A DNA stretch of 64,000 nt from Octopus sinensis (GCF_006345805.1 NC_042998.1:29822001-29886000), one strand, 5' to 3'; counted from the first letter of the stretch, positions 24,509-38,246 are shown. A program made the numbers and translations. The notes: generated from the sequence alone by a model not told the origin.

Positions 24509-25384
24509 AAATAGGCCAAAACGAAGAAAATGAATAGCTAGCTTTAAAAATTGGGATGGAAATTTGTCATAAAGGGATAGGAAAATAAATCATAGTGTTT
24601 TGCCAACGTTTGCAGGTTTTCAAAGCTAATATAAAATATGTAGTATGTTCGTGATTTTACAGACCGATAATATGATAACTTTTAAAACGTCAAGGGAGCG
24701 GGAAATTGAAGCCAAACCTATATGAATTGAGGCAGGATTCTCAGAGGGGAAGTAGGTGATTGCCAAATTTACCCGATGTTTCTGGGATAACCTGTTCTCG
24801 GGGCTATTTCTAGGTGAGATTAACCAAGCTGCTCGTCACTCATCTCAGTTCTTCTCCATTTGGATATTTAGATCCCACCACATCTCAAACCAATTTAACC
24901 AGGCCCACAGTCCGGTGTTCAACAACGTTGACGGACTGCATGACCCTGTCGGTTCCGAGTTGTTACCCCTATAACTTTTTTAGGTTGATTTGCCTTCCTG
25001 TTCCCGCTTTGTACTGGCTTAGAGCAGTTCCGTCCCGTTATATGTACCTGATGACGGATACTATGGAGGTGAAGTCGTCTGCACATGCTGACACAATTCT
25101 TTCTCATCTTAGTACGCGTGGAATAACCCTCAGTGTCTTTACTTTCGACAGCAGAATCTCAGTACATACAGAAGAGACGAGCGTGACAAAATTGACAGAC
25201 AAGGCACATCAAGCTAAATGGTTACAACCGAAGGCCATTCTTCTTAACCACGAGCAAACAAACGTTGTACATCGCGGCGATGCAACAGAGAAAGACATCG
25301 TCGAAACTGGATGTCATTAACATAGTCAGCAATTATTGATCGACGACTGTATCAGAAGCTTTCGCTTGGCCTTAGTTGATTAGC

Positions 25385-25733
25385 AGCCTCCGCCAATGAT
25401 AACCCTAAAACCCTAACCCTTAAAGCTAAAACCAGTACAAATGCACGAACGATGTCATAAATAACAGTGACAAACGATATATACATCGCCGGAAGTTATT
25501 GCTGACAAACAACAGCAGTAATTTTATTCAACTGAAAACACGTCATTGATTGGTTGAAATTACCGAAATACGACAACTTTAACAAAAAATAACTTCCAAA
25601 ATACAGAATTTTCTCAACAACCCCAACAGTAAAAGATGTTTTTATAAGACACATTCTACCAGTATCCGAAGTTTGAAAGTGTTTAGTTACAAAAAATTAT
25701 TCTTAAAATCTGTCAGTTGAAAGGTAAAGATCC
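25385..25733. mobile_element. GGATC MITE family, partial copy (right TIR and CCCTAA repeats; left end not found)
   Basis: Ends gaaaggtaaagatcc; cattctaccagtatccgaagtttg shared with 37133-37472; aaccctaaaaccctaaccct at about 25401-25420. Confidence 0.75.
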
Positions 25734-25890
25734 CGGGCTTCTTTCAGTTTCCGTCTAGCGAATCCACTCACAAAGCTTTGGTCGATTCTCGTCTATAGTA
25801 GAATACACTTGACCAGGGTAGTACGTAGCAGGATGAACCGAGAACCCTATAGTGGGGAAGCAAATTTGTTACCAAACAACCACTCCTGCC
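25734..25890 (-). mobile_element. SINE B 5' fragment
   Basis: gggcttctttcagtttccgtct...ccactcctgcccc. Confidence 0.7.
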
Positions 25891-25899
25891 CCATTCCTA

Positions 25900-28050
25900 T
25901 TATTCCTGTGCAACTACAGGCGTTCCTCCCTCCTGTTAGGTGCAGATGTTTCCACAAGTAAATCTCTGCATAATTTTTCGTGAATATTCTCTCGAGATCC
26001 ACCTACTCAGTCATAGCATTTGTTTCCTAAAATGTATGTTTTGTGATATTTTGATGATTTCGTTTTTGTTTATTCTTACCGTTATGCTGTGAGTTAATGC
26101 AATGCAGTTATTGTATGAAATGCTTGTATATTGATCTACGAGATTCATTGATTTTTGTTACGTTTATGGCCGTGTAGTTAGTGGTTTCTGTTGTTGGTGG
26201 TGGTTGTGTGAACCAGGGTGTACTTGTGTGCATAATGTTGATAGTGTCTGTCGTAGCGGTAGTGGTGGTGATCATGGGTATATAATACTGGTTTAGCTAA
26301 TCTTTGGTGTTTTAGTATCAGAGATGCGCCGTAGGTCAAACGCATCTTCCCCAATTGTTCAAACCTCCTAATGGTTTTGTTGGCGTGCTTTTCTCTTTTA
26401 CATTTTCCTATTAGTTATTTTGTGTCACTGAAGTTCCTCACCTCACTCCCCCTCCATGATATTCTGAGTGTCCAATGCAGAAAGGAAAATGCCTTGGTGG
26501 GTGCTGCATTTTTTTCTGCTAATACATTATTGTTTTCGTCTGCCGGTATTTCGCTCAGAGTTCAAATTCCGCTGAGGTTTACTTTGCCTTTTATCCTTTC
26601 GGGGTCGATTAAATAAGTACCAGTTAGGCACTTGGGCCGATCTAATCGACTTAATCCCTTTGTCTATCCTTGTTTGTCCCCTCTATGTTTAGTCCGCTGT
26701 TGGCAATAAAGAAATATATGTATTATTGTTAGTTTTTGTCCGTGTTACAGAGTCTCTGAACGATGGAGCTGCTTTTGTGATTTTTGTGACCGTTGCTGTG
26801 TGTTATTGTTGCTGTTATTTTTTCTAGGTGCCATGTTATAGCTGGTTCTTGAATCACTGTTGATGCGGCGTCATGTTTTTGTAATTCTTGTAGCTGTCTC
26901 TTTTTTTTTTGTTACTGGTATTTATGGAAACTTATTCCTTCAATGAGTGTCAGAAATCCAATTTTTGTTTTGAAAAAAAATTGTTTTATTTTATTTCCCC
27001 AATTTTTTTTAGCCAAACAACTTTTCAAATTTAAATTTAGTAATTCTGTTTTCAAAGTATAGAATAGCTTAATTTTGTTTTCTGTGGACTCGTTAACATG
27101 CATTGAGCGGTGTGCGAGTAAGGTTCAATCCAACCGATATCTTTGTGTTTTTAATCCAAATGATATCTTAGTAAATTAAAATAATTCTACATGCACGTGT
27201 GCTTTTGTCTGTAAGGCAGTTTTGACTGGAAGTTTAGATATTTAAGAGAACCTGATCTTATAAAGGGTAGAGTTCTTGTATATCAAATTGCAAAAAAAAA
27301 AAGATAAAAAACCTTCTGAGCTAATCTATAGTGATGTGTTATAGAGATCCATTGAAAATTTCTAACTTTTGAAATATTTTATCCCGCAAAGATTTGCATA
27401 ATATTCCTAAGTCGATTTTTTAAAGTCAGTTAGTGGTATCTTTTCCAAGTTAGCTATTGAAATTTGAGAGTAAAAATTGGCGATTTTAGAAGATAATATT
27501 TCTGTTCTTCATCTATAACCAAATTCACAATGATATCGTGACCAAGTTTGTTTATTTCTTAAAATGTATCCGAGTTGGTTTTCATTAATTTATATTGATC
27601 AGAGTGTAGAATTTTCTGTACGTTGCATGCTAAAATCTGTTAAATTTTTACTTTTATCCGATTGGATAAAATTTGGTGCGAGTATATTATGTTAGTTAAG
27701 TTTTTATTAACATTACTTTGGGAGCAGTATTTATTTGTATAAACTTAAAGTTTCTTCTATCAAACTAATTCTAAAGGCATCTGCAGTTTCTGAAACCAAT
27801 ATTTGATGTAGAAGTGTGCTATCCAGTGTTGTCTTTTAATGATCTTTTCTAACACTGCACCAGGCACTGTTTATATTTTCCTGGTGCTTTTTTTTTCTCG
27901 TATATATAAGTTCGTGAATAATTGTTTCCGTTACAAACCCAGAAAGCATTATTACAAGAAGCAGCTATTTGCTGATTTTAACTTTCAGGACACTTAAGAT
28001 ATTTCATATTTTCCCAACAGAGTTATCCTTCGATACATAGCATCGTACTT
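25900..28050 (-). mobile_element. Heavily decayed Penelope-like element RT region
   Basis: Minus strand LQFDIQELYP (about 27262-27292), DIIWIKN downstream, and a weak PWFTQPP near 26210. These match the Penelope QFDIxEFYPS / WxK / WFNPP pattern. Many stops. Confidence 0.55.
26530..26716 (+). mobile_element. SINE A (degenerate head) inserted in the Penelope remnant
   Basis: Core plus tail gtttgtcccctctatgtttag...ggcaataaagaaata. Confidence 0.8.
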
Positions 28051-28199
28051 ATTTCCATTAATGTTTAAGATTAAAACTACTTAAATCAAACAACCATTGT
28101 ACTACCTTCTAGTGACATAAATAAACTCTTCAGCTTCAAAATAAATCCTCTTTGAACGAAAACGCCTTGCTATATCTGCAATTCCAGGCGTTGAGCTGT

Positions 28200-29262
28200 C
28201 AGATACGCCAGGACGCTTCCGGTGTTATTCAAGGTGTAACGCGAGTAATTTTTGACGGTATTTTCAGAGTGTTAAAATAGTTTTGTTTTTGTATCAGTGT
28301 TTTAACTCTTCGTTAATTATTTTTGTACTGCTTTGCAGCAAATTCTCTCCTTCCTCTCCTCTTTTGAGGAGAGTTAGGTATGGAGAAAAAGAAGTCGGCT
28401 GTTTTTGTTCAGAATTTAGTGAGTCTGAACTATGAACATCAGAAGAGGAACTCGTACGAGCGTTGGAAAGGATAAAGAGTCAATTACAGAAGAAAAGTTT
28501 TGCGAAAGTGGCGGATGTTGCGAATGAGGAGGTAGATCTTTCAATGTTGAAACGTTATGAGAGGATGGTACACAGAGAAGCGGGCGACGAAAAGTTGTCG
28601 CCACCCCAGGAAATGATAAAATATATGCAGGAAAGGACTATTGTGTACAAAGTATATTCTGTAGGAGAAAAGGGAACTGAAATTGTATCAGCGGAGAGAA
28701 TTGAAAAGTCTTGAAGGCAATCTGGCAAGATATAAAACATCTTGGCAAAGGAAGTCAATGTGAAACAGTGGAAGATCACTTTAAAAAGGCAGCAAAGGCA
28801 AAGTAAAGGACGGAAAGGGTAGTCCTCCTAACCTCATACCTTTGAAGGAGAGCTTTCAGCGCTCGGTTATCCCACTACGAAATAGATGTGGGTTATTATC
28901 GTGGAAGTAAAGACAAATATTAAGTGGTGGCATACATGTGTTTTAGTATCAGAGAAACTGAAGAATGAAACAGAAAAGTATGAAGGTGGGTACAAATGCT
29001 GGAGACTGGACTACAACATGAAAAGGTTGCCGGATAATATAGAGTATGAAAAAAGGTATAAAAAGCATATGGATTGGATATTTTGGAAGGTATGGAATTT
29101 AAAGGATAAAGGGAGTGGAACTACTCAGAGGTAAAGCGAATAACTTCATTTTCATTTATGTTTTCATTCACTGTCATGTGTTTCTTCTACCATAGTTTTT
29201 TGCCCCCCCCCAGGTTTCCGTATTGTCCTTTATATGTTCTCTCCCAGTGTTTAATAAAAAAA
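28200..29262 (+). mobile_element. ORF1-only element, copy 3 (knuckle region deleted)
   Basis: KSFAKVA..KRYERMVHRE..KLSPPQEMI..TIVYKVYSV is homologous to copy 1's N-terminus; 28886-29134 is homologous to copy 2's second ORF. Confidence 0.78.
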
Positions 29263-29264
29263 TT

Positions 29265-29638
29265 CAGAATCGTTAGCACGCTGGGCGAAATGCGTGGCCG
29301 CATTTCGTCGGCCGTTACATTCTGAGTTCAAATTCCGCCGAGGTCGACTTTGCCTTTCATTATTTCGGGTTCAATTAAATTAGTATCAGTTACGCACCGG
29401 GGTCGATATAATCGACTTGATCCGTTTGTCTGTCCTATCTGTGTTTAGCCCCTTGTGGGTAGTAAAGAAATAGGTATTTCGTCTGTCTTCACATTCTGAA
29501 TTCAAATTCTTCCGAGGTCGCCTCTGCATTTCGTTCTTTCGAGATCGATAAATTAAGTACCTGTTGCGAACTGGGTCGATATAATCGACTGGCTCCCTCT
29601 CCCAAAATTTCGGGCCTTGTGCTAGAGTAGAAAGAATT
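29265..29638 (+). mobile_element. SINE A dimer (5'-clipped)
   Basis: Two cores; second tail ggctccctctcccaaaatttcgggccttgtg. Confidence 0.85.
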
Positions 29639-29640
29639 AT

Positions 29641-30290
29641 ACCTGAAATTCCAGGAGGGTAAAGGACATAAGACCAGGCTTTCAAAACAGTATACGAGAC
29701 TGACGAAACATGGAAGGCATACTGGGAGATGACCACCGATTTGGAAAGACTTAATATTTCCACTCATAAAAGCAAGAAGACCGGACTTAATCCTATGGAA
29801 CACAGAACGAAAAATTGGAATTTTGATAGAGCTGATGGTGTCATTGGAAGAGAACATCTCTAATGTAAAGCACCGGAAGGAGAGGAGGCATGAGAGATTA
29901 ATCGGAGAGTGCAGGAAACAGATGGACTGTAGATTATTACCACCGGGTAGAGTTGCCTAGAGACTTCAGTGAAAGGAAAATGGCGGCGTTATTTAAAAGA
30001 TGGTTTGCACTTTCGAGCTTGGAGTTCAAGAAAGTAATAAAGAGTATACACGAGGCAGTCGACAAAGCCAGTCTCTATATATGGCTGAAACGAGAGACCC
30101 GAAATGGCTCGAAAGCCATAATATGCCGACTGGGAAATAGCGTTGTTGGCACTTTAGCAGCGCTGCAGCTTGAGTGGTGGGCAAATGTAGCGATTCCGTT
30201 CATTGCGCGCTCTTCTCCTGGTTCGAAAGCTAGTACCACCAAACAGCTGGTGGGCTCTGGCTTCTGGAACTGAAACTAATACAACACTGT
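29641..30290 (+). mobile_element. HERO-like non-LTR 3' end with restriction-like endonuclease domain
   Basis: RRPDLILWN (about 29778-29800)..LIELMVSLEENI..RKERRHERLIGEC..VELPRDF..AVDKASLYIWLKRE, with frameshifts. Confidence 0.8.
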
Positions 30291-32191
30291 TGGAAGGTAG
30301 GTCTAGAGATGGCGCGGCCAAAACTACGCGTCCTTACCCTCCACTGGTCAGTTGAAGCTTAGTGTCACGTGACAGCTGGCTGCTGGAGCCTACTGGCGAG
30401 TATTTGGAGGGAAATTTGTAAGGATACGCCCACTGCATCGGAGAAACCAAAGGCCAACAGAGAATAAAAATGCACTCAGCATCAGAGCAGAAAACACTTC
30501 CGAAAGGGGTAAGGACAACCACGTGGAAAATTGTAGGGGCCGAAACAGGATTCCTCCTGATGTCCTTAACCACTGGATCCTATAAAGGAGCTGTTGAGAT
30601 TGTGAAATGTGGTTGGAATTCCTCCTTCCTTGATTATAAAAGTTTTTGTCTGGAATATTCGCGTTTAAATATTTCACAGCTGCGTAGACACACTAATTCA
30701 AACGATGCCGTCCTTAACATGTTTTAATACATTTCAGCCAAAGACTAATTCACTTGCCTTCAAGATTATATTCCTACTTTAAACCATAAAATTTTTTCCT
30801 CCAAATTGGAACTATTATTTTTATATTTTATTACATTAATTTGGAACCGTATCTTAATTGGTACTCTTTTATACTATATCATTTTTTATTCTTTTAAAAA
30901 GAAAATTTAATGGCTTTTCTTGATAGATACTGTAATTATAAAACTTCAAAGACCGAGCTCGAAAATGCAAAGGTAGGTGATGACTTAATTACTTCCATTT
31001 TATTTTTCAGTCAACTGTGAATTAAATATCCCTTTTTTGTGTTAAACAAAAGATTACAGTTTCTTTTCTTTAATTTGCCTACCGTAGTGTATTATCATTT
31101 GAAATCTTCTATAGCTATTTACGCTAATAATTTGCTCCTTTTTTCGGGTTTTATATATGCTTAAAAAATGTTTTCAGAGAGAAATTAAAATTGTTTTTTC
31201 ATACAAAAAAAAAAAAATGCCAGACCGAATTACTTTGATTATGTCTATTCATAAATCAAAATTGAGGACAGTTTAATCAATTTTAATATAGATATACCAA
31301 TTTTATTTCTATTTCCCTTTGATTATCATAATTTTAAGCTTCCAATTTTCGTGTTTTTTTCTAATTTCGTTAAACTGTGAATTGTTATCTTCAAATAAGC
31401 AAAACAAAAGTAAATGAAAATTCAACATTTCCTTAAAAACACCTTTAAAATTTCCTAAAGATTAGAGATTTTTCAAAATTATGATGTTCTAACTTGGTTG
31501 TCATCTTTCAACCTCCCCACGATGGTGTTGATTAATATAAGGACCAATCAGGCACTGATCATCTTGTTACTACTTCCCTCGAACTTGATAAAGTTCTGAT
31601 TAATTGAGGAATTATAAGAGTTTGCTTTGGCATAATCGTTAAGGTGGCGGGAGAGCTTGATTTCCAAGTTGGTCAGAGCTCTGTTCGAGCCGATCAAAAT
31701 CCAACAGAGGTCAACTTTGCCGTTCATCCTTAAAGAGCCGATAAAACGATAAAAAATAAGGTACAATCTATGAACTACGGCTGATTTAACCGACTAGCAC
31801 TACTTTCAAACATATGAGGCCTTGTGCCTATGTTAGAAATAATTAAAGGTGGTGAATCAGCAGAATGATTTGGCCGACGGAAAAAATAGTTAAGATATTT
31901 GTTGCGCCACATTTGTTTTCTCAGATCAAATCTTGTCGAGGTCAGCTTTCACTTCTATGACCTCAGAATCGAAATGACAAAGTGTCAGTCAAGTATTGAA
32001 GTGAACGATTGAATCGATTCCCTTCTTCGTCATTTCAAGCCCTGCTTCCATGTTATAAATATAAGGTTAAAATCTATATATGATTTTATCGAGAAGCCAG
32101 CGCGTGAAAAAAAAAAAAAAAATTAAGGAAAAAAATTAATACACGGTATCTAATTTTTCCTTTATATATAAAATACATTATGATATCAAGG

Positions 32192-32477
32192 TCACCAGAG
32201 AGAAGTCCGGCGTGAGGGATGTCATCGTAGAATATATACGCAGCAAGTTTAGATGGCTGGACACGTCGCCCGACTCACCGATAATCGGTGGAACCGCGCA
32301 GTTGTCAAGTGGTACCTGCGTAAGCGGAAACGAGCACTCGGAAGGCCTCCACGACGGTGGAGTTACGATTTCAGGGCGACGATTGGGATCACGTGGATGA
32401 GAAAGGCGCGATCCAGAGAGGGGTGGACAGCGTGCTGTGACCAGTAGTGTCAAACGGAGTGGTCGATCAAGGTGATA
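32192..32477 (+). mobile_element. 5'-truncated RTE-clade LINE 3' end with 9-bp TSD
   Basis: RWAGHVARLTDNRWNRAVVKWYLRKRKRALGRPPRRW..W..A..R..W..CDQ* (one frameshift); TSD atatcaagg at 32183-32191 and 32478-32486. Confidence 0.9.
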
Positions 32478-32898
32478 ATATCAAGGGCTGTTACTGTGCG
32501 TAAGAGCCACACGCTTTAATGGGACTCTCAAGTCAAACTACTTCAATAAGTATAAACACGCGCTGGCATTGAGGGAATGAAAACTAGGAAAGATTCCTTG
32601 TGATCACTATGTTGTTTTATTATTACCCACAAGGGGCGAACATAGATGGGAAAAATAAATATGTAAACATCTGTATATACCATACGAATACAACGCATGC
32701 AGCAGAGAATATACAAATGTTTATACTTATAAATCCAATTAAAATAACTTTTGCCTAGTTCATCTCGCCACGTGTGTATAATCGAAATAATTCAGCACTG
32801 AATATATTTCGGTTCAATATTTGTAAATAAAATATAAGGATAAAATTTATATAACATTTTATTGAGTAGTCAATTAAGGAATAGCCCTTTATATTATA

Positions 32899-33292
32899 CT
32901 AGCAGTATCGCCCGGCGTTGCTCGGGTTTGTAAGGGAAATAACTATAAAGCATTTTTAGAGTTATAGCCAAAAGATAGCAAAAAATGCATTAAAAATGGA
33001 AAAAATATGATGGTAAATTTTATTTTAAATCGTTGGCTCATCGTAGACATTTTTAGAGAGTTACTTCCCTTATATTAAAAAAATATGCATTAAAATGGAA
33101 AAGAATGATGGTAAATTATTTTTAAAATCGTAGACTCATCGTAGACGCGCGCTAATAGCCAGAAGGGCTCGATATGAACCACGACTATAAGATACCCGGT
33201 TTTGGTTAAACTGCACCGCAAAATGATGTGGGAGTAGTTAGGAATCTAAATCGGAGTAGACAGATACACAACCTTACTTTTATATATAAAGA
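32899..33292 (-). mobile_element. Non-autonomous Helitron
   Basis: Minus strand starts A|TC(TTTATATATAAAAG); 3' hairpin cccgagcaacgccggg (32911-32926); ends CTAG|T. Internal tandem duplication of about 100 bp. Confidence 0.85.
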
Positions 33293-33539
33293 TATGTTAT
33301 AAATAGTTATATTTCTTCCGGCTCCCTACGTTCTAAATTTGGATCATGCCGACGTCAATTTTTCCTTTAGGCCAAATGAAGTCGACGAAATAAAGCACCA
33401 TGAAAGAAAAGATTAGGACGCACGATTATAGACCATATTAGTGTTTTAAAAAGTGCTAAATGCAAAAAGATAGGGTAACAGAAATCGTAGTACTAACTTC
33501 CAAACAATTCTTCATCGTTTAATTTTCTGAATTGGACAC

Positions 33540-34030
33540 TAAATGAAGGAGACAGACAACAAAAGAAAACAAGGAGTTTGATGAATGCATTTTGAATACA
33601 TCACACACATCTGACATTGAAGGACTATATATTTAACCGAGATACAAGATGGTAGGTTTCTTATACAACTAGAAAAGTATTACGTATCCACGAATGGTCT
33701 AAAAAATACCTTGTATACAATCAAGGAAAATTAATACAAATAGCTATGATGAATGAAAAGAATATCTATTTCCTATCTTCAAGGAAATTTGCAAATACAA
33801 AATGAAGGTTACAATAATAGACGTATATGAACATAGAGAAACGACAATAGAAGACGTGAACCAGCTACAATCTAAACTAAAACTGGACCAAAGATTATCT
33901 AGATAAAGCAACGGCAAGAAAAGTATCTACAAGACCAGTACTGCTACAAGCTGAGCCGAGTGGAAATAGATAAAACATATACAGCACTAGCGGAGAAGCC
34001 ACCAAGATCGTATTATATAACAGATTGTGT
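33540..34030 (+). mobile_element. Decayed R4/Dong-like non-LTR fragment (post-RT region)
   Basis: SDIEGLYI.PR..LIQLEK..GLKKYL..KLIQIA..WQEKYLQDQYCYKL, with frameshifts. Confidence 0.6.
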
Positions 34031-34192
34031 CAAATAACTACAGTCTGTCTCTGAAGAGAAAGAAGAAACAATTTGCCGTATTCCGAATTAATGGTGGACA
34101 CTTTGGTACAATATAAGTTATAGTTTTATGTGAGTGATTTAGTCTAACAGTTCTCTCGATCTATCATCCATCTGATCCAGTTTACCACTATA

Positions 34193-34398
34193 AAGTTAAT
34201 CCAAACATAAAAACACAAGGAGAAAACACAATAACGCGAGGACGTGGAACAAGTGTAGTGTTATTGGACGCTCAGGAAAGGAAAGAAAGAAGGATCTAAC
34301 ATTTCGAGCGGAGCTCTTCGTCGGAAACATAGAAAAAGGAAAGACCCAAGGAAGGGAAGACGGAGGGAAAAATCGCCAACGATACACACGCGGTCGCA
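34193..34398 (-). mobile_element. Penelope-like terminal repeat, copy 1, with hammerhead-like motif
   Basis: Homologous to 42487-42683; minus strand gtttCCGACGA-A-GAGC(tcc)GCTC-GAAATGTT. Confidence 0.65.
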
Positions 34399-35580
34399 TA
34401 TTTACCTTTATAGTCGGTTCTGACAGGGTTGATCCTTTCTTTAGCGATAGCCAAATGTTCTTGTTGACCCTTATATCGCTTCAGCGTTTCTGTGAGTAAT
34501 GTATGCTGATATAATACAAAACGACTTTGAAATGTTAATATACTTTTATTTACGTCTTGCATGGACACATGCATACAGGTGTTGTATATTTACATTATTT
34601 ATAATTGTACGGACGTAGTTTCACAAAAGAAAAAAAAAACAAAAATACATAAAATGAAAATAAATACATTCTTGGGTTTTAGTTTTGAGGAGAAATCCTG
34701 GTTTACAAAGAAATTTTTACAGTTAACATAAAGAAGAAAGTTTATGAACAATATGATCGAGGCCAAGAAAGAAAAAGAAAATGTTGTGATAGTCTATTAG
34801 ACGACAGCAAATAATAAATTTTATTCTCTCGGAATTAAAGTATTTATATATACTTTATGCCTGAATTGAAAGAGAGTTACATTTACATTTTTCATTACTG
34901 TGCGGTTTTAATTGATTTCAATGAGTGAAACAATCCAAATATTCTGTGAATTATTTCTTCATTCATGAAGTACGATTTTTATCGCTCTGTAAACAAAAAA
35001 AAGATCATAGAAATGACAATATTGACCTGAGAAATTTTGTATAATTTTAACAAGTAAATGAATATGAATTGTATAACCTCTAACAAAGATTTTCTTTACT
35101 ACCTGTGCGTTTGAGATCTAGAGACTTAATTGTAAGCGTCGGCATGTATACATGCGGCGCGCACAGGTTATCTAAGAACCATTATTTCAATTACATTACA
35201 TACAGGGAGAAATTGATTAAGTAACATAGAGGACATTTCAATCTTTTTCATGGTTGTTGAAATTAAATAGTGCATGACAGCATTTCCATGGTTTCGGAAG
35301 ATGCGGATATATATATGTGTGTGTATGGTGTGATTACAAGTGTCAAAAATTTAGCACTCAATATCGTAAGCTAGAAAATGTGTTTAATTTGATTGACTGA
35401 AAATCACGCCGAGTGCTATTTGCAGTGTCCTTGCATGAGGACTCGCTAAGTTCGTCTATTCGTCACGATTTAAACATGACAGATTGAGAAGCTATTTGAT
35501 TGCTAAGATAACGAAACAGCAAATAACCTTCAACGTTTGTCTTCTTCAATAATAATCTATGTGATTGCTTATGGGTGTGT

Positions 35581-35643
<63 letters not shown>

Positions 35644-36799
35644 CGGTAAATTTGTGTTGCTCCTGTTTGTGTAATTGTTTTCTGTAATGATAATGTAGCT
35701 TAATATACGTACTCTGTTTGCTTCAACTTTTTATGTGGTATGTAATTGCTTTGCCCAGACAAACTGTTATATGAGATAGAAAATATAGAATTCTGTCTAT
35801 TGATATTTTCTGGTACTTGTGACTATTTTATAGCTGTAAGTTCTCCTTTAGCGATGGAACTTTTGAGAGAGCGACTATGCTGAATACAGAACTGTATTCG
35901 GTTTTATATTTTTGGTCTTTAACCACAAATGAATGTGACGAATGGGCTTTCGAAGAAGGTCAGATCTATCTGGTTATTTTTTTTTCGCTTTTGTTTGTTT
36001 TTTTCTCAGAAGAATATTTCAAAAATTATAGAAACATGCAGAATATACCACTTGTTTAAAGTTCTATCTGATGCATGATTTTGGCGCCCTCTGTTTGTCT
36101 TTGAGCTATACATAGCTTTGTAATTGTTTTATTGCCTTTGTATTGTAGATGCATGAAAATTATTTGTAAAATTTTAGCGTCATGGTAATATCTGTGTGCG
36201 TTTGTGTGCACGTATCTATAAACACAATATACACTCATATACACATCACAAACACACACACACACACACGAGCGCAAATATATATAAGACGAACTTATAT
36301 GAATAGATGATGTTAAAATATATAAAATGGCGTATTGTTCAATAGGGAATAGTATCACAATTTCAATTGATATTTGCTTTAATTTTCTGAATGTTACACA
36401 CTCTTCAAGTATTGTAAACCGGGGCAGTTTTGTCCAGGCACAAGCTCAACTCTTGTACAAATTATATGCATTCAAATACATTGTTCTAACCACTTGTGCA
36501 CTTGTACATATTTCAGCAATTATTATAGGATTAAATATACATTAGACTCCACTTTGAAGTCCAAATGACTTTCAATACACAGAATAGAGGACGGAATGAA
36601 ATACTGTAATGAATGTTCGCCGTCACTCTACTGATTCTGAAACCTAGTTGCTTTAATTTTAGAGATTACTTCTTACATATTAGTGAATTATCTTATTAGA
36701 GGTAGGGATAATACAACTAGCTATATTCGAATGTATTTGTTGTGGTTATTTATATTTGCTATTTCACTTGTTTGCAGATATTTTTTTCAAATATTATCA

Positions 36800-37100
36800 G
36801 AAGGCCAGTAATTTCGATTGGGGGTGTAAGTCGATTACATTGACCCCAGTGATAACTGGTACTTATTTATAGACCCCGAAATGATAAAAAGCAAAGTCGA
36901 CCTCAGCGGAATTTGAACTCATAAAACGTAAAGACGGACAAAATGTTGATACGCGTTTTGCTGGCTATTCTACCAGCTCTCCACCTGAAGGTAAAATTGA
37001 CTTCAGCGGATTTTAAACACAGAACGAATAGAAATAAAATCCGGACGAAATGCCGCGAATCTTCTTGTCCGATTTAGTAAATATTCTGCTAGTTCGCCCC
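36800..37100 (-). mobile_element. Degenerate SINE A copies
   Basis: Core gtcgacctcagcggaatttgaactc on the + strand, plus a second partial core. Confidence 0.65.
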
Positions 37101-37132
37101 CTTGCTTGACCTCCTTGCTTGATAGAAAATAA

Positions 37133-37472
37133 GAATCTTTACCTTTTGTCCAGCAGATTTGGAAAATAGTTTTTTGTAACTAAACACTTTCAAACTTCGG
37201 ATACTTGTAGAATGTGTCATATGAAACATCTTTTACTCTTAGCATTTTTGAGAAAAGTTTATATTTACGAAGTTATTTCGCGTTAAAGTTGTCGTCTTTC
37301 GGTAATTACAACCAATCAATGACGTGTATTCAGCTGAATAAAATTACTGCTGTTGTTTGTCAACAAGAGTAAACGATGTTTTATGTGACACATTCTACCA
37401 GTATCCGAAGTTTGGAAGCGTTTAGTTACAAAATATTAACTTCTTGATCTGCCGTTCAAACGGAAAAGATCC
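37133..37472. mobile_element. GGATC MITE, copy with long (about 100-bp) imperfect TIRs
   Basis: TSD gaaaataa (37125-37132) / gaagataa (37473-37480); ends caaacggaaaagatcc. Confidence 0.85.
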
Positions 37473-38246
37473 GAAGATAAAACACAGACATAAAGAAACA
37501 CATATACTCAGTTAATTATTCATTCGTAAATTTGGTGTCATAATTATTAAGCTATGGAAGTACATCTGTAGCTATATAATCACTTGTTCTGACATCATAG
37601 TTAAATAACATTAATTTAAGTGCAACTGGCATTGTGTTTGAGAAATTATCCCATTAGTGCTGTTTATGAACCAGGAATATTTAAAACAAATGAACCACTC
37701 TATTTATAGTTATATTACTTCTAAATTACGTCATTTGTAAACTACAGAGGAACAGACGCATTAACTCTGACCATAGGCGGGAGGGAAACGATTTAATCAT
37801 TTGGTGATATAGCTACTACAATATAAATTGTCATATACAAGGCGCTCTGCACATTTCTCTGCTTATAGCCAATACAATTAATATATCAAACGAACTCGAA
37901 TTACTATTTCCTTTGATGAACATAAATTCACATTAACCTCCGCACTCATAACAAATATGCTATACAAATATTAACAGAAAATGGAATTATTAAGGCAAAT
38001 TACTAAAACACCGTTATTTGGAATTTTTTTTAATCGATTTTACTTCTGATATTCCTCAGCCAATTTTTTTACGAACAACGTTTCAATTAATATTTTAAAT
38101 GGTTTATACGACGCTTTTGAAAACATAACAAGTAACACAATATCATTAAGCAGACACCATATCACAATAAACATCTTCAATATTTATTTGGAAATAAGAC
38201 ACAAAAACAAATGAAGTAGAATAAAACAGGAGTGTTAAGTATGAAA

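Noticed and set aside
24814-25320. 168-aa ORF as a host gene
   Set aside because: No recognisable domain or splice context, and it adjoins a transposon end. Kept only as an unexplained segment.
30927-30972. 46-nt AG...GT candidate exon
   Set aside because: Two frames are open, there is no homology, and such sites are common by chance in AT-rich DNA.
35101-35168. Small multi-stem hairpin (acctgtgcg/cgcacaggt with internal gcatgtatacatgc)
   Set aside because: The stems are short (9 and 7 bp) and expected occasionally by chance; 54484-54512 is rejected for the same reason.
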